NCBI GenBank assembly: GCA_963575745.1
Contig: CAUYUJ010000135.1
Coordinates: 62,001-117,779, forward strand
DNA from: Prorocentrum cordatum
Taxonomy: Eukaryota
Length of the DNA: 55,779 nt
Direction: 5' to 3'
Shown piece by piece: positions 34,209 through 45,598 of this stretch (position 1 is the stretch's first letter; each line of letters starts with the position of its first letter). The notes under the pieces were generated by a model. That model was not told where the DNA came from, did not search any database, and worked only from the letters and a program-made list of their open reading frames with translations. A program made the position numbers and the translations under genes.

Positions 34209-37200
34209 CCCCCTCCCCTGAGGAGGGAGAGGATGGGTGGATGGGGTGGAGGATTTGAAGAGGAGGAGGACGCTTGCACGCCCGTGAGCCGGTAGACGTC
34301 CTGCAAAGCCATGGCCCGCCCCGCGAACGCAGCCGCCGCAGCATCGGCGGTCGCCTCCGGCGCCTGGGCTGGCGCCTCATCCGCCGCCGCCGCAGCGTCG
34401 GCCAGCGCCAGCGGGGCTGCCGGGGATGCCGCCGCTGACTCCGTGGACGCCGGCGAGGGCTGCTGCTGCGGCTTCGCCAGTCCGTGCGGTGTCGTGATCT
34501 TCGCGACGAGGTCGTCACTGTCATCGCCGTTGTACCTGCCCACCAGGAATGCCTGGTTCGCCTGCACCCACTGGGAGTACGAGAGATGCCCATCCAAGTC
34601 CTGCATGTGGCGGAGATCGGGCACGTGCGAGCGCAGCTTGGTCAGGTCGACCTTGGTAGGGTTCTTGCCGAGCTCGATGAACAGTTCCTGCTCCGTCAAG
34701 ATGTCGTCGAAGGCCAGCATGGTGTACATCGACCGCAGCTTCATGAACGATAGGAGGTCGCCGGCCGTCGCGAAGAAACGCATGGTGCATCCAGGCAGCT
34801 GAGACGTCAGCTTGAGGTACTTTGCGGAGTACTGGCAAAACTTCAGCATCTCTGGCGCGATGACCGCCTGGAGTTTCTCGCGCACGAGTTCGAGCATGCG
34901 CCTCAAGAACTCAGACAGGGCGGATTGGTCGCTCTCTTGGCGGAAGGCTGCATCTAACATCGCGCGCCCCTCCTTGCCGCTGTTGTCCCCGAGCTCGTCG
35001 TAAAGCGCACCGAGCAACGCCCGAAACGCTGGGTGCCGCTTGGCGCTCCGCCCGAGAGCGTTCTCCTTCAGGAAGGTCGATAGCCGGGCGCCAACTTCGA
35101 CCGAGGCGGTGTCAAGCTTCGCCAAGAGGACCGTCTGCTCCGAAGCCTTGATGTCTTCGCTGCTTCCTGCTCCGCCCGCGAGATTGGCCAAAGTGGTCCT
35201 GAGGGCGTCCCCAACCGATTGCTCGGCCTTGTTGGGATCGCCGTCGTCGCCGAGGGCACCCACGCGGCTCAGGGCGGTCGCGGCGGCGATGTCCCTGAGC
35301 TTGGGCCGCAACTCCGACCACTTCTCGTACACTGTCTTGCCCAGGCGCACCTTCGTCTCGAAGCAGAACTCGGCGGCGGGCGGCATCAACTGCTTGAAGA
35401 TATCCATCTGGTCCTTATCGGACAAAGGGCAGTCCGACATGGCCGACATGATGCAAGAAATCGCATCCAAGAGCCACACCTTGTGCTGGTCCATGTTGTC
35501 CGGGTCGAAGTCGGACTTGGGCTTTGCCCTCGGCTTCGGCTTGGCCTTCGGCACCGGCCTCGGCACCGCCAGCTTGGGCTGCGGCACGGGGGCAGCGCCA
35601 GTGCCAGTTGTGACGGCCGGCGGCGTCGTCGTCGCGGCCGCCGCTGCCCGCTCCGCCGCCGCCACTCTCTCGGCCTCCTTCTCCGCTGCCTTCTTCGCAG
35701 CCTCGATGCCGCGCCGCACCACGACGCTCTCCCCCATTGGAGTGGTCAGCCACTTGCACATATCGAGCTTGATCTTGTCGAAGATGAAGACGGGCGCCCT
35801 GGACCCATCCTCGGGCGGGGTCACCGGCACGCACATCGGGAGGACGATGAACCAGACGGCCTTCAGGATCTCGATATCGATGACGGCGCGCACGCCCTCG
35901 TGGAAAATTGACACCGAAAGGTGGTGAAGGTTGAACACCGCCATAGCGTTGTCCATCCGCTTGTCGTGGAATTTGCCGCGGCGGCCGAGGAACTCAAAGG
36001 TCTGGTCCCTGACGCCCCAGCGCTTGAGGGCGTTCAGGAGAGCCTGGGCTGAGACGACGCCCTCAAAGAAGGAAGGACGCCTTCCTCCTCCTCCTCCTCA
36101 TCCTCCTCTTCCTCCTCAGGGATTCCTCCTCCTCCTCTCGGACCAGGCCTTGAGATCCAAACGGCCTTCCTTGCGAAGGCCGTCGACCCCTCGAGATACT
36201 GAGATACTCCTCCTCACCTGTCCTCTCATCCGTCCTCCATCCGCAATCAATCGCGGGGCCCGCAAGGGCCCCCAAGGGCCCCGAAAACATTCGAGGGATG
36301 GGCGCGCTTGGCCCGATGTCCTGGGCCGAGATCAGCTCGTTGTGACTCTTCACCCGCCTGTCCCGCTCCTCGTAATTCTCGCAGAGCCACTCGTACACGT
36401 TCAGGTCGGTCCCCATGATCGCCTTGGCAGCCTTGTGCTCGGCGATGTAGGTGCGCACAGCCTCGAAGTACTGTAGCAGCGTAAAGGCCGACCCCCCATG
36501 AAAGTTATTGTGAAAGTCGCGAAGCCAGTTGATCACGTCGGGCGGCGTGTCAGCGTAGAAAACCGTCATGTTTGAAAGCCCCTTCTTAAGGGTGTGCTTC
36601 ACCATGTGATTTTTCGGGTCTTCCTCAGCTGCTTTGTAGACGGCCTGGCTCAGAGTGTTGTAGGTTACCATCAAGTACGGGAGTTTCCCGCCGGGCGAAA
36701 AGAGAGCCCAGGGCTCGCCGCGCACCCCCTGGACGGCGCCGTCGATTTTGACGCCATCGGCGTAATCCCTGACGACGCTGTCCTGGCGCCTCTTGTTGAG
36801 CGGATGCGGCTCCATCGTTTTCTGGCCGCCCTCGGTGAAGAATTTCACGCCATTGATGTTCCTATAGCCTGGAACGGCGAAGTCGTCCAGCACCTGGTCC
36901 AGCAATGCTGCGCCCTGCAGACCTGGATACCGCTCATTGATAGTGCCCATCGGGCGGAACTTGTCATCCCTAGAGACCTTCTTCGACTTCTTGGCCGCCG
37001 CGCTGGGGCCCGCGCCGGCGTCGGAGCCCACGTCGGAATCAGACATGAGGCGGAGGGAGAGGGGGAGGAGAAGGAGAAGGAGGGGGGAAGGAGAAGGAGG
37101 GGGGAAGGATGAGGAAGGCAGACCTCTGGGTATCGCCGACCTCCGACACGCCCGCGGCCGACTCGGACTCGTCGTCGTCGGTGGTGTGATTGGAGGACTT

Positions 37201-37452
37201 CCTGCGGCGCCGAGCGGCTTGCTGCTCCTTCTTGGCGACCTTACGTTGCTTCCCCGACTTGGCGCCCTTCGGCTGCGGCGGCTCCTGCCGATCCTGCCCC
37301 CGCGCGCGCTTCGGCCGATGGCCCAGCGCGCCCGTGGCAGACGGGTGGGGGCCGCTCGAGACGTCGACCCAGTCGATGCCCGTTGCCCGCGCGGCTCGCT
37401 TCCTCGAAGTGGGGTGCGGCAGGGCAGGCGACTCCGAATCCGAAGAGGACAT
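32788..37452 (-). CDS. ~1234-aa hypothetical protein with a possible N-proximal ParB/Srx-like domain; exons 37452-37124, 37002-36321, 36043-34290, 33906-33282, 33102-32788
   Basis: Five exons join in frame through GT/GA/GC/GC donors and AG acceptors (3705 nt, stop at 32788). [43 protein letters not shown] resembles the ParB-N/sulfiredoxin pattern but lacks the GxxR motif. An alternative start (MSDSD) lies at 37046. The gene model is better supported than the domain call. Confidence 0.7.
33103..33281 (-). mobile_element. 179-bp GC-AG intron with 39-bp subterminal inverted repeats (introner/MITE-like)
   Basis: 33120-33158 vs 33239-33277 are 37/39 reverse complementary; removing the intron joins TITIK|VTYLSP in phase 0. 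Confidence 0.7.
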
Positions 37453-37850
37453 GGCGGCGCCCGGCACAGGCGAGTCCGCGGTGCTGTAGGTCGGTGTCGG
37501 ACCAGAAGATGAGAGGCGCTCACTTGCAATGTCGAAGTTGAAGCCACAAACAGCTGGTAGCGATGAGGCGACGAGCGATCGGCGATCGCAGTTATGGCAA
37601 AACGAAGCGGACTGAGGAGGAGCCCATGAGGCGAGGAGATGGATGAGATGGATGCGTGCGAGCCGATCCCCAATCAGGGCTTGCAGCAGTTGCTTCTCGC
37701 ACATGCGTTGGCTTTAGCTGTAAGGGGTCCTGCATTCGCCGTGCGAGCTCGGTTTCGAAGACAAAGACTTCGCATCGCAACAACACGATGAACTTTTCGG
37801 GGGTTCCCAGGGTCCTTCGACCGACGGACAGAATTAGTTTGTTTCGAACG

Positions 37851-38135
37851 ATCCCCACCATCCTCCTGTGCTGTGTGTTCTGTTGTGCTGTTCTGTGAAT
37901 GCGCGGTTCTGTCATGTAATGTCATGCTCTGTTCTGTCCTGTCATGTTCTGTTCTGTCATGTGGTGTCGGTGTTCTAACTTGGGGTCTGGCGGCCGCGGT
38001 ATGCAGGCGGGTGAGGTGGGATTCTCGGGACATTCGGGGATTCTCGGGACAACTTGGGGTCTGGCGGCCGCGGTATGCAGGGTGGGGGTGTGGCCGGGGG
38101 GCCTGTTCTAAGAAATCTATCAACCCTTGTCGGGT
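37851..38135 (+). repeat. Dispersed repeat shared with 52079-52625
   Basis: Same motif order in both copies: atccccaccatcctcctgtgctgt, (TGTTC/TGTCA)n, ggattctcgggacaacttggggtctggcggccgcggtatgcagg, gttctaagaaatct. Confidence 0.9.
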
Positions 38136-38986
38136 GGAGAAAAAAGATCGAGCTCCTGAGCTGGCCCCTCTGGAGTACAGCCCACTGCCCTGCCGAATAC
38201 CTTCTTAGCTCCTCTCATCCTCCACCTCCCCTCCCAGGCACCTCCCCGCGAGCGGGCGCACCGCGCGTGGGCGGTGGCGGCGCGGGGCTGTCCCCGGGCC
38301 CCATCGCGGCCGCATCCTCGCTCGCCGGCGCCACGCCCAGGCCGTTGGCGAGCACGACGTCCTGGCGGCGGCGGCGGATGGGGACCCCCCCGCGGTGCGC
38401 CTCGCCATCCTGATCCTGATCATCTCCTCGCTCACATCCTCTCGCCTCCAATCTCCTCCTCGTCCTCAGGTCTTCCCCATCCTAGTCCACGAGCGTCGCT
38501 GTCGGTCATGCCCCCTCCTCTCCCCAGCATCTCCCCCTCCTCCTCCTCGGGGCGAGAGGCGCAGACACCGCGAGCAGGATAGGATAAAGGGAAAGGGGAG
38601 GACAAGAAGAGGAGAGGGAGGGCGGAACGCAAGTCGAGGAGCAATGGAGGGCACGGGTCCGACCTTTTGCAGTCGTGTGCGGCCGCTAGGCCGATCGAGA
38701 AGACTCCCCCAGTCGCCGTGCGGCGCGTCTTGCACGCACCGCGCGCAGACTGAGGCAGACTGAGGCATAAGAGAGCACGCTATCAGAGAGCAGCCAGAGG
38801 CAGATACGCGCGCGTGCACGCACGTTCGGATGAGCGCATTTGTATCACGCGTGCACCCCCTTCCCCCCCCCTGCATCGCGCACACGCATCGCACGCAGCG
38901 CACGCAGCAGCATGCGTGATCACGATATCCACTGGCGCCTGCGGCTGTACACCCGCGGGACACCGTCGGACAGCGTCGACCAGAAA

Positions 38987-41900
38987 CTAAACAAAACGCA
39001 GCAGTGGGTCCTGATCAGCCCTCTTCACCTCAGCTAGGACGTAGAGCCAATGCACCCCGCACACATGAAGATTCATGCTGTTCCCGAATTGCTGCATGAC
39101 CTGGGCTCGCTGGCGCGGGCGCGCCCGATTAAACGAGCTCAGGGCCCGGCTGGGCCCGCGCGGCGTGGCAAGATCCTCCCTCACGGGGAAGCCCTGCGCA
39201 GCCCCGAGCTCGAACGGCGTGAGCCAGCGCTGGATCGCATCGTACCAGATCACCTGCGGATTGCGAATCACCGCGCTGAGGAAGCACTCAGTGCTTGACC
39301 AACCCCTGTCTTTCTTCGCGTCCTGACTCAAGTTGTGGCACACGAACGGCGTCGGCGAGCCCCTCTGGTACTCTCGGAGGTTCTCCAGCTCCCACGTGGT
39401 GAGGCTGTCCAGAAACGCTCGGCTTGAAGGGATGAGGTCCGCGTCTGTCACCGGCACGCCGCGAGCACGACTCAAAGGCCGATTGCGGGCCCACTCCAGC
39501 TCCGCCTTGAGCTCGGCAGCATCGGCGATGCAGAACTGATCCAGCGTGCACCGAAGGGTCCGATAGAAGAGGGGGATCGTGTTGGCCAAGGTGCTGCGAG
39601 CCTAGGCGCATGCCGCAATCTCGGCATCGAGTCGGCATCGGTCGTCGATCGTCGATCGTCTGAGCCTAATCGGGATCTGATCGGGGAGGAGGTCCGATCT
39701 ACGTGGGCCGAGCCCAATCGGTCGATTCAAAAACAGAAGACGGCACCTCCATGACGAAGGTCTTGTGCAGGAGGAGCGTGAAACGACGCTGGCGTCGGAC
39801 TGGCCAGCCGAACTCGGGCGGCTCCACGACGTGGCTGAAGATGATGTAGGTCTTGCCCAGCAACTGCCGAAGAATCTCCACATCAAAGCGATGTGAGTTT
39901 TCGTGCAGCACCACTACTTCCTGCAGCACGAGGCGAAGGGCCGCCCAGATTGCCAACAGGCACGAACTCTGGCCATCCGCCCCCTCGTTGGTGCCAATGG
40001 GGGCCCAATCTGGGCACGGAGTCCCCGCCCAATGCACCTTGCCCGTCGGGTGAGAGCACCAGCCCCGGCACCGGGCGCAACGCGCGAACGTCCGCACGGG
40101 CCGCGAGGACGACTGCGGGTGCCTCGCTTCCTTCACGATCGCCACCAGGTCCTTCAGCGTGACGCCGTGTTCGCTAGCAAGCAGCTTCGTGATGCTGGCC
40201 TTCATCTCAGGCTGCCAGAAGTCCATGATGTCGGTGAACATGTGCTCCGGGAGGCTGTGCGGCAGGTGGGCGAGCTCCTTGTTCGCCTCTGGCGCGATCT
40301 CAATGGAGCACAGGTGGCGCATGGGGCGAACGGGCTCGCCCAGGATATCCTCCAGACTTGCCGCGAGCACAGCTCCTGCCGTCCCCGGCGCGTCTATGCC
40401 GGTGAAAGCCGTCGTGTAGGTCGCGTCGTGGATGGCCCGCTTGACGTCGTATAGCAGCGATGTGCCATGCGTGGCAGCCAGCGCGCGAAGGCCGTCGTGA
40501 GCCCAGCTGAAAATATCCTTGGTGTTCCTGACGACTGGCTTCGACCACTCCCCCAGACTCGGCAATGCTGCCCGTGGCACGGGGGCGGGGGGCGGCGACG
40601 GGGACCGCGCTCGGACCAGATCCACCGGCGTTGCCACGTATGACCCCAAGGGCAAGCTGCTTGCCTGCGACTCCGATGTGCCGCCCGTCGCGGCGCCATG
40701 TGGGTCATCGCTCGTGGCGACGGCGGCGTCTGCGTCTGCATCAGCTGCTTCCTGCTCAGCCTCGCCCCACACGCCGCGCCACAGAGCCGCATCGGCATCG
40801 TCGGCATCAGCTGCCTCGTGCCCGAACTCGGGCGGATCGGGCTCCTCGATCCCGAACGCCGCGCGGAGCTCAGCCGCTGCGTCCAAGAGCCCAATCGGAG
40901 CTCCTTCAGTCTCGCTGGTCTCGCTTAGCGCGAGGCAGCTGTTGGCGCCGCTGCGGCGAAGCTGCGGCGCCGCAGTCTCGTGCGGCTCGCCCGCGTCGCT
41001 GAGCTCCTGCACGGCCGCGTCCTCGGGCATTGGGGGGTCCTCCCAATCGCCGGGGCACGCTTCCCCGCGCCACTGATGCGCCCGCGCCCAGCCAATCCAG
41101 CAGGCCCGCTTGCTGGCCTCGTCGGAGGAGCAGCCGTGGGCGCAGTGATTGGCCCAGGCAGCCCGCCAGAGCCTAAGGTCCTCGGCCGTCACTTGCAGGG
41201 GCAGGGCGAGCGGCGCCCCGCGCGGGCTGCGGCTGCGGCTGCGGCTGCGGGCGCCCGCCCGCGAGGGCGACGGCGATGCGCACTCCAGGAGGCCGAGTGC
41301 CGCACCAAGCTGGTCCACGACCATTGCCGCGTCGAGCCCGTCGCCGAGCGGGGTCGCGGTCCCCGCGGTCGGCGGCGCAGGCTCTGCCACCAGGACTAGG
41401 GCTGCTGCGCTCTCCGCGGGCGCTGCCGCCGCAGCGACGCTGTCAGGCTGGGCCGAGGACGGCGGCGCTTCCTCAGCTTGCTCCATCGCCGGGGCTGAGG
41501 CGGCGCTCGCAGCGGGCACCGTCGCCACGTCGAGGTCGCCGGGCGGGGCCGCGGGCGGCGGCGTCTGATCCGTCGCAGGGGCTGTGGACCCTGGGGCTGC
41601 TGCGCCGTCTGCGGGCGGGGCTGCGGGCTGCGGCGCATGCTCAGGCGCCGGGGCGGGGTATTCCCTCCCCGCGGGCGCCATCGCAGCATCGAAGCTGTCG
41701 GGCGGCGGGGATACACGTGGCGGCACAGGATCCGTCGTCAGGGCTGAGGCTGCGCTCTCCTCAGGCGCCGTCGCCGTCACGGCGTCGCCGGGCGGGGCCG
41801 GTGGCAAGCGCTCCGTCGTTGGGGTGGGGGCTGCACTCTCCCCAGGTGCCGTCGTCGTCGCAGCATCGTCAAGGAGTGATGGCGCAGCCTCCGTCGTTGG

Positions 41901-42959
41901 GGCTGGGTCTGCGCTCTCCTCAGGCGCAGTCGCCGTCGCAGCGGGCGGCGGTGCAATCGTCGGGGCTGGGGCTGTGCTCTCCTCAGCAGGCGGCGTCTCC
42001 GTCGCAGCATCGCGGTCACCCGGAGGGGCTGGGTCTACGCTCCCCACGGGCGCCGTCGCAGCATCGACGCTGCGGGGCGGCGGTGCGAGCGGTGGCACAG
42101 GCTCCGCGGCCGGGGCGGAGGTGGCATTCTCAGTCGGCGCCGCCGCCGTCGCGGCATCCGCGCCATCAGGCGGGGCTGCGAGCGGCAGCGAGTGTTCCGT
42201 CGTCGGAGTTGCAGTCTCCCCTGGCGCACCCGTCGTCGCACCCTCGCTGTCGCCTGGCGGGGCATCCGTCGCCTGAGCTGGTGCTGCGTTCTCAGCAGGC
42301 GTCGCCGCCGACACCGCATCGCCGGCATCGGGCGGGGCTGCGGGCGGCGGCGCTGGCTCCGTCTCCGGAGCTGGGGCTGGGCTCGCAGCAGGCGTCGTCG
42401 CAGCAAGGCCGTCGGGCGGGCCCGCGCACGGTGGCGCCAGCTCTGTCGCCGTCGCAGCGTCGATGTCACCAGGCGGCGTTGTGGACGGGGTCCCTGGCAC
42501 CGGCGCAGGGGGCGCTGGCTCAGCAGCGAGGGGCTCGGCCAAGGCAGCGGACGGCGGTGCCACCGCAGCGGTGGTTGCAGCGCCATTCCCAGCGGGCAAT
42601 GGCGCCGCAGCGTCGCTGCGAGCCTGGGCACTGGCAGTGGGCTCGGGCTCGGATGCCACAGCGGTCGCCGCCGGCAGCGGTGGCGGCTCCAGCTCATCAA
42701 CGCTGGGCGTCGCGGCGGCGGGCGGGTGCGCGGCCGGCTGCACCGGCGGCGCGCCCGGGCCCGGCTGCGTCACGGGCGGGGCCCGGGCTGGCGGCCCAGT
42801 CGGCCGGCTACGCTTCCGCGCTGGTGACGTGGCGCCCGCGGCGCCCGGCACAGGTGACCCCGACGGCGTCGCGCGGCGGAGCAGCCCGCGCACGTCCCTG
42901 GAGCCGGTCGGCGCAGGTGGTTCGCGCTGGCGCCGCGCGGGCGGCCGCGCGGGCGGCAT
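38987..42959 (-). CDS. C5-cytosine DNA methyltransferase (~1275 aa) with a long Ala/Pro/Thr-rich N-terminus; exons 42959-39747 and 39601-38987
   Basis: Ordered C5-MTase motifs: I AFTGID, II SIEI, III TDIMDF, IV AGTPC (catalytic PC), VI HENS, VIII PVRRQRRF; then, after a 145-bp phase-0 GT-AG intron, IX RWLTPFELGAAQGFP and X FGNSM. Confidence 0.9.
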
Positions 42960-43012
42960 CGACACAGCACAGGCGATCACGGGCAACTGTATGTGATACG
43001 GAACACGCACTG

Positions 43013-43034
43013 CTTAAGCCCAAATGGCTACGGA
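43013..43034 (-). other. Relic dinoflagellate spliced leader upstream of the methyltransferase
   Basis: Minus strand TCCGTAGCCATTTGGGCTTAAG is a 20/22 match to DinoSL and ends 53 nt before the ATG at 42959. Confidence 0.88.
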
Positions 43035-43329
43035 CATGCGCGCACATGCTGTTGTGGCACGTGAGGTGGTGGCCTGGACCGCACCGTGGCTTGAATGCGG
43101 CGCGTGTGCAATGATGTGATAGCGGGTGTGTGCGCGCGGTGGCGCGGCGTGCGATCGATGTGAATGCGATGTGCACGGGCGTGTCGTACGTGATCACAAA
43201 GGTCCGAACGGTGCATGCACAGCATGTGAATCATATGGCGTGAGGCGCGGCGCGTCCTGGAACCCTAGGAGGTGGACGCCGCGTGCTGCATGGCTACGAC
43301 GCGTGAGCTGTGATTCGCATCCTAGCACT

Positions 43330-44985
43330 CAGGAGGCGCATCCTGGATCGCAGGAGGGATGGCATGGATCCCAGGAGGGAGGTCCTGGCCCGCAAGAGGC
43401 AGGTCCTGGATCCCGGGAGGGGGGTCCTGGATCCCAGGAGCGGGGTCCTCGATCGCAGGAGGCAGGTCCTGGATCCCAGGCGACGAGGCACGGTCCCAGG
43501 AGGTGGATCCCGAATCCGAGGAGGCACGTCCTGTATCCCAAAGGGAGGGGGCATTGCTCCCAGGAAGGAGGTCCTGGAGCACGCGCGGATGACCCTCGAT
43601 CGCAGGAGGCGGGTCCTGGAACCCAGGAGGCGGATCCTGGATCCCAGAGGGATGGCTGCGGGCCCCAGGAATCAGATCCTGGCTCCCAGGAGGTGGATCC
43701 TGGATCCCAGGAGTGGGGGTGGGGGGCCAGGAGGGAGGTCCTCGATCCCACGGGGCAGGGCATCGCTCCCAGGAGGCAGGTCCTGGATCCCGGGAGGGGG
43801 CGGGCTGGCTAGCAGGAGGCGGGTCCTGGATTCCAGGAGGGAGGGGGGGGTGTGTGGGGGCTGGAGCCCAGGAGAGCGCGCAGGAGCCAGGAGGCGGATC
43901 CTGGATCGACGGATGGCGGTGTTGGGATCAGGAGGGACGTCCTGGAACCCACGTGGCGGATACTCGATCGCGGGAAGCAGGGCATGGATCCCAGGAGGTG
44001 GCTCCCGAAGCCCGGCAGGTGATGCCCGAATCCCAGGAGGCGGGTCCTGGGTCCCAGGAGTGGAGGGGGGGGGTACCAGGAAGGCGGTCCTGGATCCCAC
44101 CATGAATGCCCTCGCGCACATGAAGCAGTTCCTGGATCAAGGGGGCAGGTCCTGGATCCCGGGAGGGGGGTCCTGGATCCCAGGAGCGGGGTCCTCGATC
44201 GCAGGAGGTAGGTCCTGGATCCCAGGGGACGAGGCATGGTCCCAGGCGGTGGATCCCGATTCCCAGGAGGCCCGTCCTGGATCTCAGGAGGGGATGCCAT
44301 GGGTCATAGGAAGGAGGTCCTGGATCGCAAGCGGGTGGCCCTCGATCGCAGGAGGCGGGTCATGTGACCCAGGAGGTGGCTCCTGAAGTCCAGATGGGAG
44401 GCCGTGGGTCCCAGGAAGCAGGTCCTGGCCCCCAGGAGGCGGGTCCTGGATCCCAGGAGCGGGTGGGGAGGGGGTGGGCGGGAGGGGGGAGGGGATTCCT
44501 GGATCCCACGGGGTCGGGCATCGCTCCCAGGAGGCGGGTCCTGGTTCCCTGGCTGGGGGTGGGCTGGATATCAGGAGGCAGGTCATGGATTCCAGGGGGG
44601 GGGGATGGGCCCCCGAGGTCGCGCGGGAGGCAGGTCCTGGATCACAGGAGGTGGGGTCGTGGATCCCCGAAGTGCGTCCTGGGCCAATGCGATATGCCAG
44701 CGCCCCCGGGAGGCAGCTCCCGAATCCCATGAGGGAGGTCCTGGATCCCAGGAGCGTGGAGATAGATCCCTGGAGGCGGGTCCTGAATCCCAGGAGGCGG
44801 ATCCTGGATCAGGGGGGGGGGGGGGGAGGTGGGGAGGGCGGTGGCTCGGTCTCCACGCGCGTGGCATGATGGGCACCCTGGCTCCCAGGAAAGGGGTCCT
44901 AACTCCCAGGAGGGGCGTCCTGGATCGCATGAGGTAGGCCATGGATCCCAGGAGGCGGGTCCCCTGGGCGACGTGGATCCAGGAA
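43330..44985. repeat. ~21-bp minisatellite with quasi-palindromic core CCTGGATCCCAGG
   Basis: Dozens of diverged ggtcctggatcccaggagg units; a higher-order copy is visible (~43398-43620 vs ~44146-44370). Confidence 0.92.
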
Positions 44986-45598
44986 GAGGGTTCCTGAGTC
45001 GCCCCCGGGCGTGCCCTGACGCCGACGACGACGACGACGGCGGCCGTGACCCCACGACCCTCCGGATGGCCGGGCTGGCGGCGCCGGCCTCGTGCGCCCC
45101 CACGCCCGCGCCCAGGTGACGAAGTCGCCGAAGTCGCCCGACTCGCCGACGAGCAGGCCTACCGCCTGCGAGCGCAGGCCGGGGCGGGCGCGACCCCATC
45201 CTCCCCCATCTGCCTCTTGCAGCGTGCCTCCGAGCATCCCTAGTGCACAAGTCTGATCATGTGGTGGTGGCCTTGCGTTTCTGCTCGCGGCGTCGTCGGG
45301 CCTCTGGAGGCCCTCCGACTGGCCCCAGGACCGCCCGTCCACCAACCGAAGCGAAACCACCAAACAATCCTCGTGCCCGCCCAGGCTCGCCCCTGCGCGG
45401 CTGCCCCTGCCACGGCCCGCACGGCGTGTCGCCCCTCCTCCTCCCTCTTGCGCGGCGTGCGCAATGGGAGGGGAGGGGGGGGGGGGGGGGCTGAGTCGGG
45501 GCGAGCCGGTAGGGGCGAGGGGGGAGGGGAGAGCGGGTCGGGCGAGGTTGCGGCGCCTGGCGAGGACCAGCCCAGCGCTGGCCACACGGATGGCCGAC

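Noticed and set aside
37535..37560. Very degenerate SL-like stretch upstream of the ParB-like gene
   Set aside because: Too many mismatches and indels to distinguish from chance.
38200..38780. Short ORFs between the methyltransferase and ParB-like genes as a fourth cargo gene
   Set aside because: Could not be joined in phase into a consistent model, and no motif was recognised.
41276..43114. 612-aa plus-strand ORF and other antisense ORFs over the cargo genes
   Set aside because: Antisense shadows of GC-rich minus-strand coding sequence.
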